Below are positions 31,265-41,131 of a stretch of 64,000 nucleotides of DNA, in pieces. Position numbers and translations under genes: made by a program. The notes under the pieces were generated by a model. That model searched no databases and was not told the origin of the DNA. It saw nothing but the letters and a program-made list of their open reading frames with translations. This DNA comes from Diplonema japonicum (taxonomy: Eukaryota; Protista; Euglenozoa: Diplonemea). Each line of letters opens with the position of its first letter. The stretch's first letter is position 1. The stretch covers positions 248,001 through 312,000 of the forward strand of contig OZ025715.1 of assembly GCA_964019335.1 (NCBI GenBank), read 5' to 3'.

Positions 31265-33907
31265 ATGGAAATCGAAAGGCGTCCCGACCCGTCGATGAAG
31301 TACGAGCAAGGGAAGTGCCTCGGGTCCGGCGGACAGGGGTCGGTGTACAAGACGGTGAGGGTGGATGGTGGTATCTTTGCGATGAAGGTGGTGAAGGATA
31401 TCACTGAAGTGAAGCACAAGAAGAACGTAGAAGAGGTGCGGCACATGCTGAAGCTGAGGCACAAGAACCTGATTCCCTGCATTGACTTCTTCGAGAAGAC
31501 AAAGCAGGCAGGGGAACTCAAGGTGTGGCAAGTTCACATCGTGATGCCCCTGTACGAAAAGGGGGACCTCCACTCACACATCCTCAAGGAGGGACCCCTC
31601 TCTCAGGAGAGGGCGGAAAGGTTCTTGCAGGAGATGGGTGAGGTCCTCAAGTACATTCACAGTGAGGGCTTCATCCACAGGGACGTGAAACCCCAAAACA
31701 TCATGGTGTCGGGGAAGGTGGGGACCACACCCCTTTCTGCGTCTGGTGTTGGCGGGGAGGCGGAGTTCATCCTTGCAGACTTGGGACTGTCGAGGAAGGT
31801 GTCCTCTGATGGGGCAGCAAGTACTCTTGTGGGCACGCCAGTCTTCATGGCACCTGACATTAGGGACGACAAGTACACCAACAAAGTGGACATGTGGGCC
31901 CTCGGGGTGACTGTGTGTTACGTGGTTCTCAAAGTAGACCTGAGGGAACTCTTTCTGAAGTACCTGCATAGTGATCGGGAGCTTGTGATAGGAAAGCTTC
32001 GGACTTACCTCCCCCGTGCCCTCGGGGCACCGCTTTGTGAGGTTGTGCTCCGCCTCCTCTCCACTGACCCTTTGGAACGCCCCAGTGCCTCTGAGATGCT
32101 GCAGACGGGACTGACTGGAACGGTTCTTCAGCCGACTGGAATGATGCTTCTTGCGATTGGGCGTGTTGGCGGAGATGAGAGGAAAAGGAAGCTCTGCGTG
32201 GCGGTTGGAGCAGGAGCTGAAGAGGTTCGGGTGGCGGCAGCAAAGGCCTTCTCTTCTGGGGGGCAGGAGCTCCTCAGGGTTCGCAGGTTGGAGGTGTTCG
32301 ACAAGGACTTCGGGGAGTTCCTGGAGGAGGACGACGAAAATATTGTGTTCGAGGACAAGGGACGGATCCGTGTCGTGTTTGAAGCACTGCTCCCAACCAC
32401 CACTTCTTTAACGCTCAGTGACAGCAGCGACGTGTACTCACCTGCTTCAGGGCCTCGCTCTCCAGTTGTGCTTGAAGAAGCGCTTTCAACCACCACTTCT
32501 TCAACCACCGGTGGCAGCATTGGTGAACACCCAAAAACTTCCCCAACCGTGTTTGAAGCACCGTTCCCAACCACCACTTCTTCAACCACCAGTGACAGCA
32601 GTGACATGCACACACTTGGTTCCGTACCTCGCCCCCCAGCTCCGAAAAACACCACGCTCACAAAAGAGGAGGGAAGGCTTGCCTTGCGCAGCGCTGTTTC
32701 AAAAGGCGACCTTGAAGACATGAGGCATCTTGTTCTGGAGCGGGGCATTGACCCTGGTACAACGGACAGCGATGGTTATACACTGGTTCATCTTGCAACA
32801 CAGTGCGGACACCTCGAAGTAGTTAAGTATCTCGTCGATTCCTGCAAGCAAGACGCTGGTGTCAAATGTAACGACGGCCGGACACCAGTTCACCTTGCAA
32901 CTTTGAACGGACACCTCGAGACAGTTCAGTATCTCGTCGAAACTTGCGGGCAAGACCCTGGCGCCGAAAGCAGCAACGGTTGGAAACCAATCCATCTTGC
33001 AGCAGACAATGGACACCTCGAGACAGTTGAATATTTAATCGAAACTTGCGGGCAAAACCCTGGTGTCAGAAGCAATGGCGGTTGGACACCTGTTCATGAA
33101 GCTGCAGAGAACGGACACCTCGAGATAGTTAAGTATCTCATCGAAACACGCTTGCAAAACGCTGGTATCAAAAGCAACGACGGTTGGACACCTGTTCATC
33201 TTTCAGCACAGAACGGACACCTCGAGACAGTTAAATATCTCGTCGAAACTTGCGGGTACGCCTCTGGTGTCAAAAGCAACAACGGTTGGACACCAGTTCA
33301 TGAAGCGGCAGAGAACGGACGCCTCGAGACAGTTAAATATCTTGTCGAAAGTTGCGGGCAAGACCCTGGTGTAAGAAACAACTACGATTGGACACCTGTT
33401 CATCTTGCTGCAGAGAACGGACATCTCGAAACACTTAAATATCTCGTCGGAAAGTGCAAGCAAGACGCCGGTCTCAAAAGCAAAGACGGTTGGGCACCGC
33501 TTCATGAAGCAACACAAAACGGACACCTTGAAACAGTTAAATATCTCGTCGAAACCTGCGGGCAACACCCTGGTGTTAAAAACAACGACAGTTGCACAGC
33601 CGTTCATGTTGCTGCACAGAACGGACACCTCGAGACAGTTAGATATCTCGTCGAAACTTGCTTGCAAGACTCTGGTGCCAGAAGCAACGACGGTCGGACA
33701 CCGGTTCACGAAGCCGCAGAGAATAACCACCTGGAGGTAGTTAAATATCTCGTTGAAACTCGCGTGCAAAATTATGATGTCAGATGCAACGGCGGTCTGA
33801 CACCGAGTAATCTAGCCGCTCAGAACAACCACCAGGGGATAATTAACTATCTGCGAATGATTAAGAAGAGCAATTGGAACAAGAAACACCCGAATACGCG
33901 CAACTAG
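31265..33907 (+). CDS. Ser/Thr kinase - linker - ankyrin repeat protein, copy 1 (about 12 ANK repeats)
   Basis: GSGGQGSVY, AMK, HRDVKPQN, DLG, GTPVFMAPD, DMWALG; 34-aa TPVHxAAxNGHLETVKYL repeats; intronless. Confidence 0.92.
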   Translation: MEIERRPDPSMKYEQGKCLGSGGQGSVYKTVRVDGGIFAMKVVKDITEVKHKKNVEEVRHMLKLRHKNLIPCIDFFEKTKQAGELKVWQVHIVMPLYEKGDLHSHILKEGPLSQERAERFLQEMGEVLKYIHSEGFIHRDVKPQNIMVSGKVGTTPLSASGVGGEAEFILADLGLSRKVSSDGAASTLVGTPVFMAPDIRDDKYTNKVDMWALGVTVCYVVLKVDLRELFLKYLHSDRELVIGKLRTYLPRALGAPLCEVVLRLLSTDPLERPSASEMLQTGLTGTVLQPTGMMLLAIGRVGGDERKRKLCVAVGAGAEEVRVAAAKAFSSGGQELLRVRRLEVFDKDFGEFLEEDDENIVFEDKGRIRVVFEALLPTTTSLTLSDSSDVYSPASGPRSPVVLEEALSTTTSSTTGGSIGEHPKTSPTVFEAPFPTTTSSTTSDSSDMHTLGSVPRPPAPKNTTLTKEEGRLALRSAVSKGDLEDMRHLVLERGIDPGTTDSDGYTLVHLATQCGHLEVVKYLVDSCKQDAGVKCNDGRTPVHLATLNGHLETVQYLVETCGQDPGAESSNGWKPIHLAADNGHLETVEYLIETCGQNPGVRSNGGWTPVHEAAENGHLEIVKYLIETRLQNAGIKSNDGWTPVHLSAQNGHLETVKYLVETCGYASGVKSNNGWTPVHEAAENGRLETVKYLVESCGQDPGVRNNYDWTPVHLAAENGHLETLKYLVGKCKQDAGLKSKDGWAPLHEATQNGHLETVKYLVETCGQHPGVKNNDSCTAVHVAAQNGHLETVRYLVETCLQDSGARSNDGRTPVHEAAENNHLEVVKYLVETRVQNYDVRCNGGLTPSNLAAQNNHQGIINYLRMIKKSNWNKKHPNTRN

Positions 33908-34661
33908 AAAGCGATGAACACAATAATTTGAATGAAGCTGAATAGTTGGACATGAAGCACGAAGAGCAAAGCAAGCTGTTAGGCCAGACAAGACACCCAC
34001 ATCACCCGTTTAGTGTGTGAAAGGATTTAAAAACAAAAGAGGGGGGAACTGAGTTAAAATCTTAAGAAATTTACCCTTGTCTTTAAATTCTCCCTTTTCA
34101 ATTTTATTTTTTTGTGTTGTTGTGACTCATCCTGAAACCGAATATGTCCATCGAGTCATACCTTGTGTTTGTATTTCCGACCACAAAGGAAATTCTTTCC
34201 AAGGATACCCGATTTCCTTGTAATTTCCTGACAAAAGAAGAGGGGGGAGGAAATAACAATGGGGGGTAACAAATGTTGTCTCTCTGCTTCGCGTCTGTGA
34301 GTGCGCACATCTCGATGCTGGTGGCGCACGACGGCCCTATGGTGGGGTACCAAAACAGGACAGTGAGCTGCTGCACTCAGTGGGACATGAAGCTTATCGC
34401 GAAGCCGGACATCAGCTGCCATGCCACCTTACACATGGCTCCACCACTTCACAACAACGATGGTTACACCTGTGAATTTCTTCTTGAAGTGAGCACCCCT
34501 TTGCACACTTAAATTATATCGTCACGATTCTTCCATTATTCATTATTAACGTCACTCACTCCTCCCTTTTCTTTAATCCTTTTTTAAATTGTCAGACCAC
34601 CGCAATCAACACAAACCACCACATCACAATACAGTCCATTCTACCCGCACAGCAACAAAAT

Positions 34662-37600
34662 ATGGAGTCGATGAAGTACGAACAAGGGGAGCGCCTTGGG
34701 TCCGGTGGACAGGGGTCGGTGTACAAGACGGTGAGGAAGATGGATGGAGGTATCTTTGCGATGAAGGTGTTGGAAGCTCCCACGAAAAAGGTTCACAACG
34801 AGAACGTGGAGGAGGTGCAGTACATGCTGAAGCTGAAACACAAGAACCTGATTCCCTGCCTTGACTACTTCGAGACGACAAAGCAGCTGGCGGACCCCTC
34901 TGAGAAGGTGTGGCAGGTTCACATCGTGATGCCCCTGTATGCAAAAGGGGACCTCCACTCACACATCCTCAAGGAGGGACCCCTCTCTCAGGAGAGGGCG
35001 GAAAGGTTCTTGCAGGAGATGGGTGAGGTCCTCAAGTACATTCACAGTGAGGGCTTCATCCACAGGGACGTGAAACCCCAAAACATCATGGTGTCGGGGA
35101 AGGTGGGGACCACACCCCTTTCTGCGTCTGGTGTTGGCGGGGAGGCGGAGTTCATCCTTGCAGACTTGGGACTGTCGAGGAAGGTGTCCTCTGATGGGGC
35201 AGCAAGTACTCTTGTGGGCACGCCAGTCTTCATGGCACCCGACTACATGGGGGGCAATTACACCAACAAAGTGGACATGTGGGCCCTCGGGGTGACTGTG
35301 TGTCACGCGGTTCTCAAAGGAGACCTGAGGGACCTCTTTCTGAAGTACCTGCACGAGAACCGGGAGCTTGTGATGAGGGAGCTTCGGACTCACCTCCCCC
35401 GTGCCCTCGGGGCACACCTTTGTGAGGTTGTGCTCCGCCTCCTCTCCACTGACCCTTTGGAACGCCCCAGTGCCTCTGAGATGCTGCAGACGGGACTGAC
35501 TGGAACGGTTCTTCAGCCGACTGGAATGATGCTTCTTGCGATTGGGAGTGTTGGCGGAGATGAGAGGAAAAGGAAGCTCTGCGTGGCGGTTGGAGCAGGA
35601 GCTGAAGAGGTTCGGGTGGCGGCAGCAAAGGCCTTCTCTTCTGGGGGGCAGGAGCTCCTCAGGGTTCGCAGGTTGGAGGTGTTCGACAAGGACTTCGGGG
35701 AGTTCCTGGAGGAGGACGACGAAAATATTGTGTTCGAGGACAAGGGACGGATCCGTGTCGTGTTTGAAGCACCGTTCCCAACCACCACTTCTTTAACCTC
35801 CAGTGACATGCACACACTTGGTTCCGTACCTCGCCCCCCAGCTCCGAAAAACACCACGCTCACAAAAGAGGAGGGAAGGCTTGCCTTGCGCAGCGCTGTT
35901 TCAAAAGGCGACCTTGAAGACATGAGGCATCTTGTTCTGGAGCGGGGCATTGACCCTGGTACAACGGACAGCGATGGTTATACACTGGTTCATCTTGCAA
36001 CACAGTGCGGACACCTCGAAGTAGTTAAATATCTCGTCGATTCCTGCAAGCAAGACGCTGGTGTCAAATGTAACGACGGCCGGACACCAGTTCACCTTGC
36101 AACTTTGAACGGACACCTCGAGACAGTTCAGTATCTCATCGAAACTTGCGGGCAAGACCCTGGCGCCGAAAGCAGCAACGGTTGGAAACCAATCCATCTT
36201 GCAGCAGACAATGGACACCTCGAGACAGTTAGATATCTCGTCGAAGAATGTGATCAAGACCCTGGTGTCAAATGCAACAACAGTCGGAAACCGGTTCATC
36301 AAGCAACTTTCTACGGACGCCTCGAGGAGACAGTTAAGTATCTCATCGAAACTCGCAGTCAAGACTCTGGTGTCAAAAGCAACGACAGTTGGACACCTGT
36401 TCATCTTTCAGCACAGAACGGACACCTCGAGACAGTTAAGTATCTCGTCGAAGCTCGCGCGCAAGACCCTGGTGTCAGATGCAACAACGGTTGGACACCT
36501 GTTCATAAAGCGGCAGAGAACGGACACCTCGAGACAGTTAAATATCTTGTCGAAAGTTGCGGGCAAGACCCTGGTGTCAAAAACAACTACGATATTACAC
36601 CTGTTCATCTAGCAGCCCAAAACGGACACCTCGAGACAGTTAAATATCTCGTCAAAACTTGCGGCCAAGACTCAGGCGCTGAAAACAACTACGGTTTGAC
36701 ACCGGTTCATGAAGCAGCCCAGAACGGACACCTCGAGACAGTTAGGTATCTTGTCGAAAGTTGTGGGCAAGACTCAGGCGCTGAAAGCAACGACGGCCGG
36801 ACACCGGTTCATATATCAGCAGAGAACGGCCATCTCGAGACAGTTAAATATCTCATCGAAGTTTGCGGGCAAGAATCTGGTGTCGAATGCAACTACGGTT
36901 CCACACCAGTTCATCTTGCAGCTTTGAACGGACACCTCGAGACAGTCGAATATCTCGTCGAAACTCTCACGCAAAACGGTGGTGTCCCTCTTGGTTTCGT
37001 CAAAAGCAATGTCGGTTGGACACCGGTTCATCTAGCATCACAGAACGGACACCTCGAGACAGTTAAATATCTCGTTGAAACTCACGGGCAAGACGCTGGT
37101 GTCAAAAGCAAAGGCGGTTGGAAACCGGTTCATCTTGCAGCTCTGAACGGACACCTCGAGACAGTTAAATATCTCGATACCCGCATACAAGAAGCTAGGT
37201 GTACTTCCAACGACGGTTGGGCACCAGTTCATCTTGCTGCACAGAACGGACACCTCGAGACAGTTAAATATCTCGCCGAAACTAGTACGCAGAATATTAG
37301 TATCAGAGGCTGCTATGATTGGACACCGGTTCATATTGCTGCACAGAACGGACACCTCGGGACAGTTAAGTATCTTATCGAAACTTGCAGGCTTGACTCC
37401 GACGCCAGAAACAACGACGGCAGGGCACCAGTTCATCTTGCTGCACAGAACGGACATCTCGAGACAGTTAAATATCTCATCGAAGTTTGCAGGCAAAAAT
37501 CTAGTGTCAAATGCAACGACGGTTCGACACCATTTCATCTTGCAGCTCTGAACGGACACCTCGAGACAGTCGAATATCTCGTCGAAACTCTCACGCAAAA

Positions 37601-37961
37601 CGGTGGTGTCCCTCTTGGTTTCGTCAAAAGCAATGTCGGTTGGACACCGGTTCATCTTGCTGCACAGAACGGACACCTCGAGATAGTTAAATATCTCGTT
37701 GAAACTCACGGGCAAGACTTCGGTGTCACTAGCAACGACGGTTGGACACCACTTCATCTTGCAGCACAGAACGGTCTCCTCGAGACAGTTAAATATCTCG
37801 TCGAAACTTGCGGGCAAGACTCCAGAATCAAGTGTAGCGACGGTTTGACACCAGTTCATCTTGCAGCGGAGAACAGACACCTCGAGACGGTTAAATATCT
37901 CGTCAAACTTGGGACTCAAATATCGAGAAAAAAAACGATTGGACTCGTGTTCAAAAATTAG
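34662..37961 (+). CDS. Ser/Thr kinase - linker - ankyrin repeat protein, copy 2 (about 20 ANK repeats)
   Basis: Kinase near-identical to copy 1, with a longer ankyrin array. Confidence 0.92.
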   Translation: MESMKYEQGERLGSGGQGSVYKTVRKMDGGIFAMKVLEAPTKKVHNENVEEVQYMLKLKHKNLIPCLDYFETTKQLADPSEKVWQVHIVMPLYAKGDLHSHILKEGPLSQERAERFLQEMGEVLKYIHSEGFIHRDVKPQNIMVSGKVGTTPLSASGVGGEAEFILADLGLSRKVSSDGAASTLVGTPVFMAPDYMGGNYTNKVDMWALGVTVCHAVLKGDLRDLFLKYLHENRELVMRELRTHLPRALGAHLCEVVLRLLSTDPLERPSASEMLQTGLTGTVLQPTGMMLLAIGSVGGDERKRKLCVAVGAGAEEVRVAAAKAFSSGGQELLRVRRLEVFDKDFGEFLEEDDENIVFEDKGRIRVVFEAPFPTTTSLTSSDMHTLGSVPRPPAPKNTTLTKEEGRLALRSAVSKGDLEDMRHLVLERGIDPGTTDSDGYTLVHLATQCGHLEVVKYLVDSCKQDAGVKCNDGRTPVHLATLNGHLETVQYLIETCGQDPGAESSNGWKPIHLAADNGHLETVRYLVEECDQDPGVKCNNSRKPVHQATFYGRLEETVKYLIETRSQDSGVKSNDSWTPVHLSAQNGHLETVKYLVEARAQDPGVRCNNGWTPVHKAAENGHLETVKYLVESCGQDPGVKNNYDITPVHLAAQNGHLETVKYLVKTCGQDSGAENNYGLTPVHEAAQNGHLETVRYLVESCGQDSGAESNDGRTPVHISAENGHLETVKYLIEVCGQESGVECNYGSTPVHLAALNGHLETVEYLVETLTQNGGVPLGFVKSNVGWTPVHLASQNGHLETVKYLVETHGQDAGVKSKGGWKPVHLAALNGHLETVKYLDTRIQEARCTSNDGWAPVHLAAQNGHLETVKYLAETSTQNISIRGCYDWTPVHIAAQNGHLGTVKYLIETCRLDSDARNNDGRAPVHLAAQNGHLETVKYLIEVCRQKSSVKCNDGSTPFHLAALNGHLETVEYLVETLTQNGGVPLGFVKSNVGWTPVHLAAQNGHLEIVKYLVETHGQDFGVTSNDGWTPLHLAAQNGLLETVKYLVETCGQDSRIKCSDGLTPVHLAAENRHLETVKYLVKLGTQISRKKTIGLVFKN

Positions 37962-38541
37962 CGCGAACTTCCCCCCGCCCCCCCAATAACGTTATCATCA
38001 AAAAAGTTTTCGACTTTTTTTCCCCCTCTTCTTTTTTTTTTTTTCGGCGGTAAACTGCACGAGCTCAGAATCCGTTACTCGGGCGCCCGGCTTGTTGAGC
38101 TGCACACCGCACGCATTACGAATAAGACGACGCGGAATGCGGAAGGAGCTACAGCTCGGCCGAGGCCTGCAATCAAGTAGACAGTGCTTGTGCGGGGCGT
38201 CGGCCTTCTTTTCCCAGATTTTGTTCCCTCACATCCCACACGTTCCCCCCCTAGTGTAATTTACATTTTTGAATGTATCTTTCTCCAACCCCTTTCTTTT
38301 CTCTAAGAAAAGGTACCCGCACGTTCCCCTTGTCAATCATTTTGTGCTTATGTTTCTTTAAAAAACAGAATATTCTCAATACTCCTTTATTTCTCTAGGA
38401 AGAATGAAGAAAATAAAGAAGTGTAAAGTGCCAAACAGCCTGCAAAGTTTGTGGAATGAGAACTTTAGCAGCTCTTTAAAAAGCTTTTCTGTTTTCTTGC
38501 TCGTGCGAACGAAAACAAACCATACAGAATGCCTCCCCCCC

Positions 38542-39207
38542 TAGGCATAGTGGTGAGACGACTCGCACCAAATTCTCGCACATTCTCGCATGCGAGAATG
38601 ATGCGAGAATCTTTTTTGGCTGAAACTTCAACAGGGAAAGCCAGGTGCCTGAGTGTCAAAATCTTCGAAGGACCTCAACAGGCAGTGCTTTGCCCCGTGG
38701 TGGGGCAGGAGTTCATAGACGGTGGGCGATGTTGTGTTTGGTCGCAGGCACCACCAACCACCAAGCAGCAAACACGCATCCCATTGGTGGAGCTCGCGCA
38801 TGAAGATACCGACACCAGACACGCTGCTGGCAAAGGGGCCCGGATTCGAGAAGGAGACAAGGGCTCGAGAAGAGTGAAGCAAAGCATCGAAAAGACCCTG
38901 TTGCCGTTAAGCACAGACGCCACCAGTGCTAAACATGTCTGGGCTGGTCGGATACTCAGAGGAGCCCCTCCTGGACATCAAGGGTGAATCACACACACGG
39001 GGGCGGAAACGCACTGATCGCGTTAGTTCGGGAGTATGAAGGTTATTTTTGACACATGCTCACCTGAAGTGCACACTAGCATGTGCGAGAATCGTGCGAG
39101 AATGGCCGAGAATCGTGCGAGAGTGTGCGAGAATGCGAGTCGTTTTGCGAGAATTTCGGCTCAGATATTTTTGTGCGAGAATGCGAGTCGCCTCACCACT
39201 ATGCCTA
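38542..39207 (-). mobile_element. Non-autonomous TIR element, probably hAT-derived
   Basis: TIR TAGGCATAGTGGTGAGRCGACTCGCA and subterminal TGCGAGAAT repeats. Minus-strand AQTCLALVASVLNGNRVFSML has the spacing of the hAT C-terminal LAIPASSAxSERVFS motif. Confidence 0.75.
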
Positions 39208-39834
39208 GGGGGGTCACATGGGGGTGGCAAAGTGGGTTTTTTCAAATTCGGAAATGCAGAACACTGGAGCCGCTTAAACCATGTAAAACACCCCTTTCTC
39301 GACGAAAAAAATCGATCTCCGCCCGGTACTTTTTACTTTTGGACACCTATAAGGCATTATTTTGCATTTTTAAAACTGGTGCCCACGGTTTGGTACCTGG
39401 CCAGTTGTCTCCCCTGTAGTTTCTGAGTTTTCTGAAAATTTTAGAATTTGACCATGGTTTGTTCCACTCTTTGAACGCGGCTCTTTAGGATGCCGCTACC
39501 GTTTGAACGGCAGAGTACTGTCTTACATTGTCCGATTGTGAACCTTTCTGTGTTTTGCGCGGCATTTCTGATGAATATCTATCATTTTCCCGAGGTTAGG
39601 ATGGTAAGTTTGTTTTTGCAAATATTTCAGGTACCAAACCGTGGTCACTGTTTTTCAAAAATACAGATAAAGTATTAACAAGTGCCCAGAAATGCTCTAA
39701 TCCGGCGAATTTTGATTTTTTTTTGGTTAATTTGGAGGGTATTGGGCGGTTTTTTTTACCTTAGGGGGAAATATTTAAAAAAAATCTTTTTTTCATGTTT
39801 AACCACGTTTTTTAGGACCATGTGACCCCCCCTA
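39206..39834. mobile_element. MITE with TIR TAGGGGGGTCACATGG, abutting the previous element
   Basis: TAGGGGGGTCACATGG (39206-39221) and CCATGTGACCCCCCCTA (39818-39834); AT-rich non-coding interior. Confidence 0.75.
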
Positions 39835-40130
39835 CCTCCCCTCCCCCTTTTTTTTCAAAAACTAGAATTGAGCTGCTTATTAAACGCACAGGGACAAGTA
39901 CAGCAGCACAAGTTTTTTGTACACCACCCCAGTTATATTTTCTTTAGTGTACTCTTTAACGTGTCTCTTTTTTTTTTCTTGTTTTCTTCAGTGCACTTCA
40001 ATGAAGGTGTGGAAAGGCTGTACCCTTTTCGCATCTGATGCACTCTCTTGGGCCAAAATAAGTACTTTACCTTTTTTCTTTCCCCTTCAAACCCCCCCCC
40101 CTTTTTTTTGATGATTAAATACCACTATGT

Positions 40131-40650
40131 CCATTCTACCCGCACAGCAACAAAATATGTACGGGGTAAACAAGGGGAATGCCTCTGGTCCGGCGGACTG
40201 GAGTCGGTGTGCAAGGTAGTGAGTAAGGACCACACCCCTTTCTGCGTCTGGTGTTGGCGGGGAGGCGGAGTTCATCCTTGCAGACTTGGGACTGTCGAGG
40301 AAGGTGTCCTCTGATGGGGCAGCAAGTACTCTTGTGGGCACGCCAGTCTTCATGGCACCCGACTACATGGGGGGCAATTACACCAACAAAGTGGACATGT
40401 GGGCCCTCGGGGTGACTGTGTGTCACGCGGTTCTCAAAGGAGACCTGAGGGACCTCTTTCTGAAGTACCTGCACGAGAACCGGGAGCTTGTGATGAGGGA
40501 GCTTCGGACTCACCTCCCCCGTGCCCTCGGGGCACACCTTTGTGAGGTTGTGTTCCGCCTCCTCTCCACTGACCCTTTGGAACGCCCCAGTGCCTCTGAG
40601 ATGCTGCAGACGTCGTACTGACTGGAGCGATTCTTCAGCCGACTGGAATG
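40131..40650 (+). pseudogene. Deleted third copy of the kinase-ankyrin gene
   Basis: Shares the 5' leader CCATTCTACCCGCACAGCAACAAAATATG with copy 2, then jumps to kinase subdomains VII-XI near-identical to copy 2. HRD loop and ankyrins are absent. Confidence 0.9.
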
Positions 40651-40989
40651 GGTATCTGAACAGACCACGGGGGGCCTAGGGCCAAGCTGACAGGAAATGT
40701 GGAAACGTTTCCGTTTCCGTTTCCATATTTTCAAAATTCTTATGGAAACGCATATCTTTCTCCCCTTTCCCTTCTCTTCAAAAAAGAAAAGGTACCTTGT
40801 AAATCATTTTGAGTATGTTGCTTTAAGAGGGACACAAAAGTGCCAAACAACCAAGTAAGGTTTGTGGGATGAGAACTTTAGCAGCTGTTATAGAAAAAAA
40901 ACGGCTACGACAGGAGACCACTCTTCTCCTCGAGCCAAACCGCCCCCTACCTAGCACTCCAAGCAGTGTGATGTTCTTCTTCTTCTTCT

Positions 40990-41026
<37 letters not shown>

Positions 41027-41131
41027 CACCCCTCAGTTATCTTTTTCGGTGTCCATGAAAGTGATGCACTCTCTTTCCCTCATTTTTTCTCTTCTTCTTT
41101 CCACCCGCAGTGCTCCACATAGAATGGGGGG

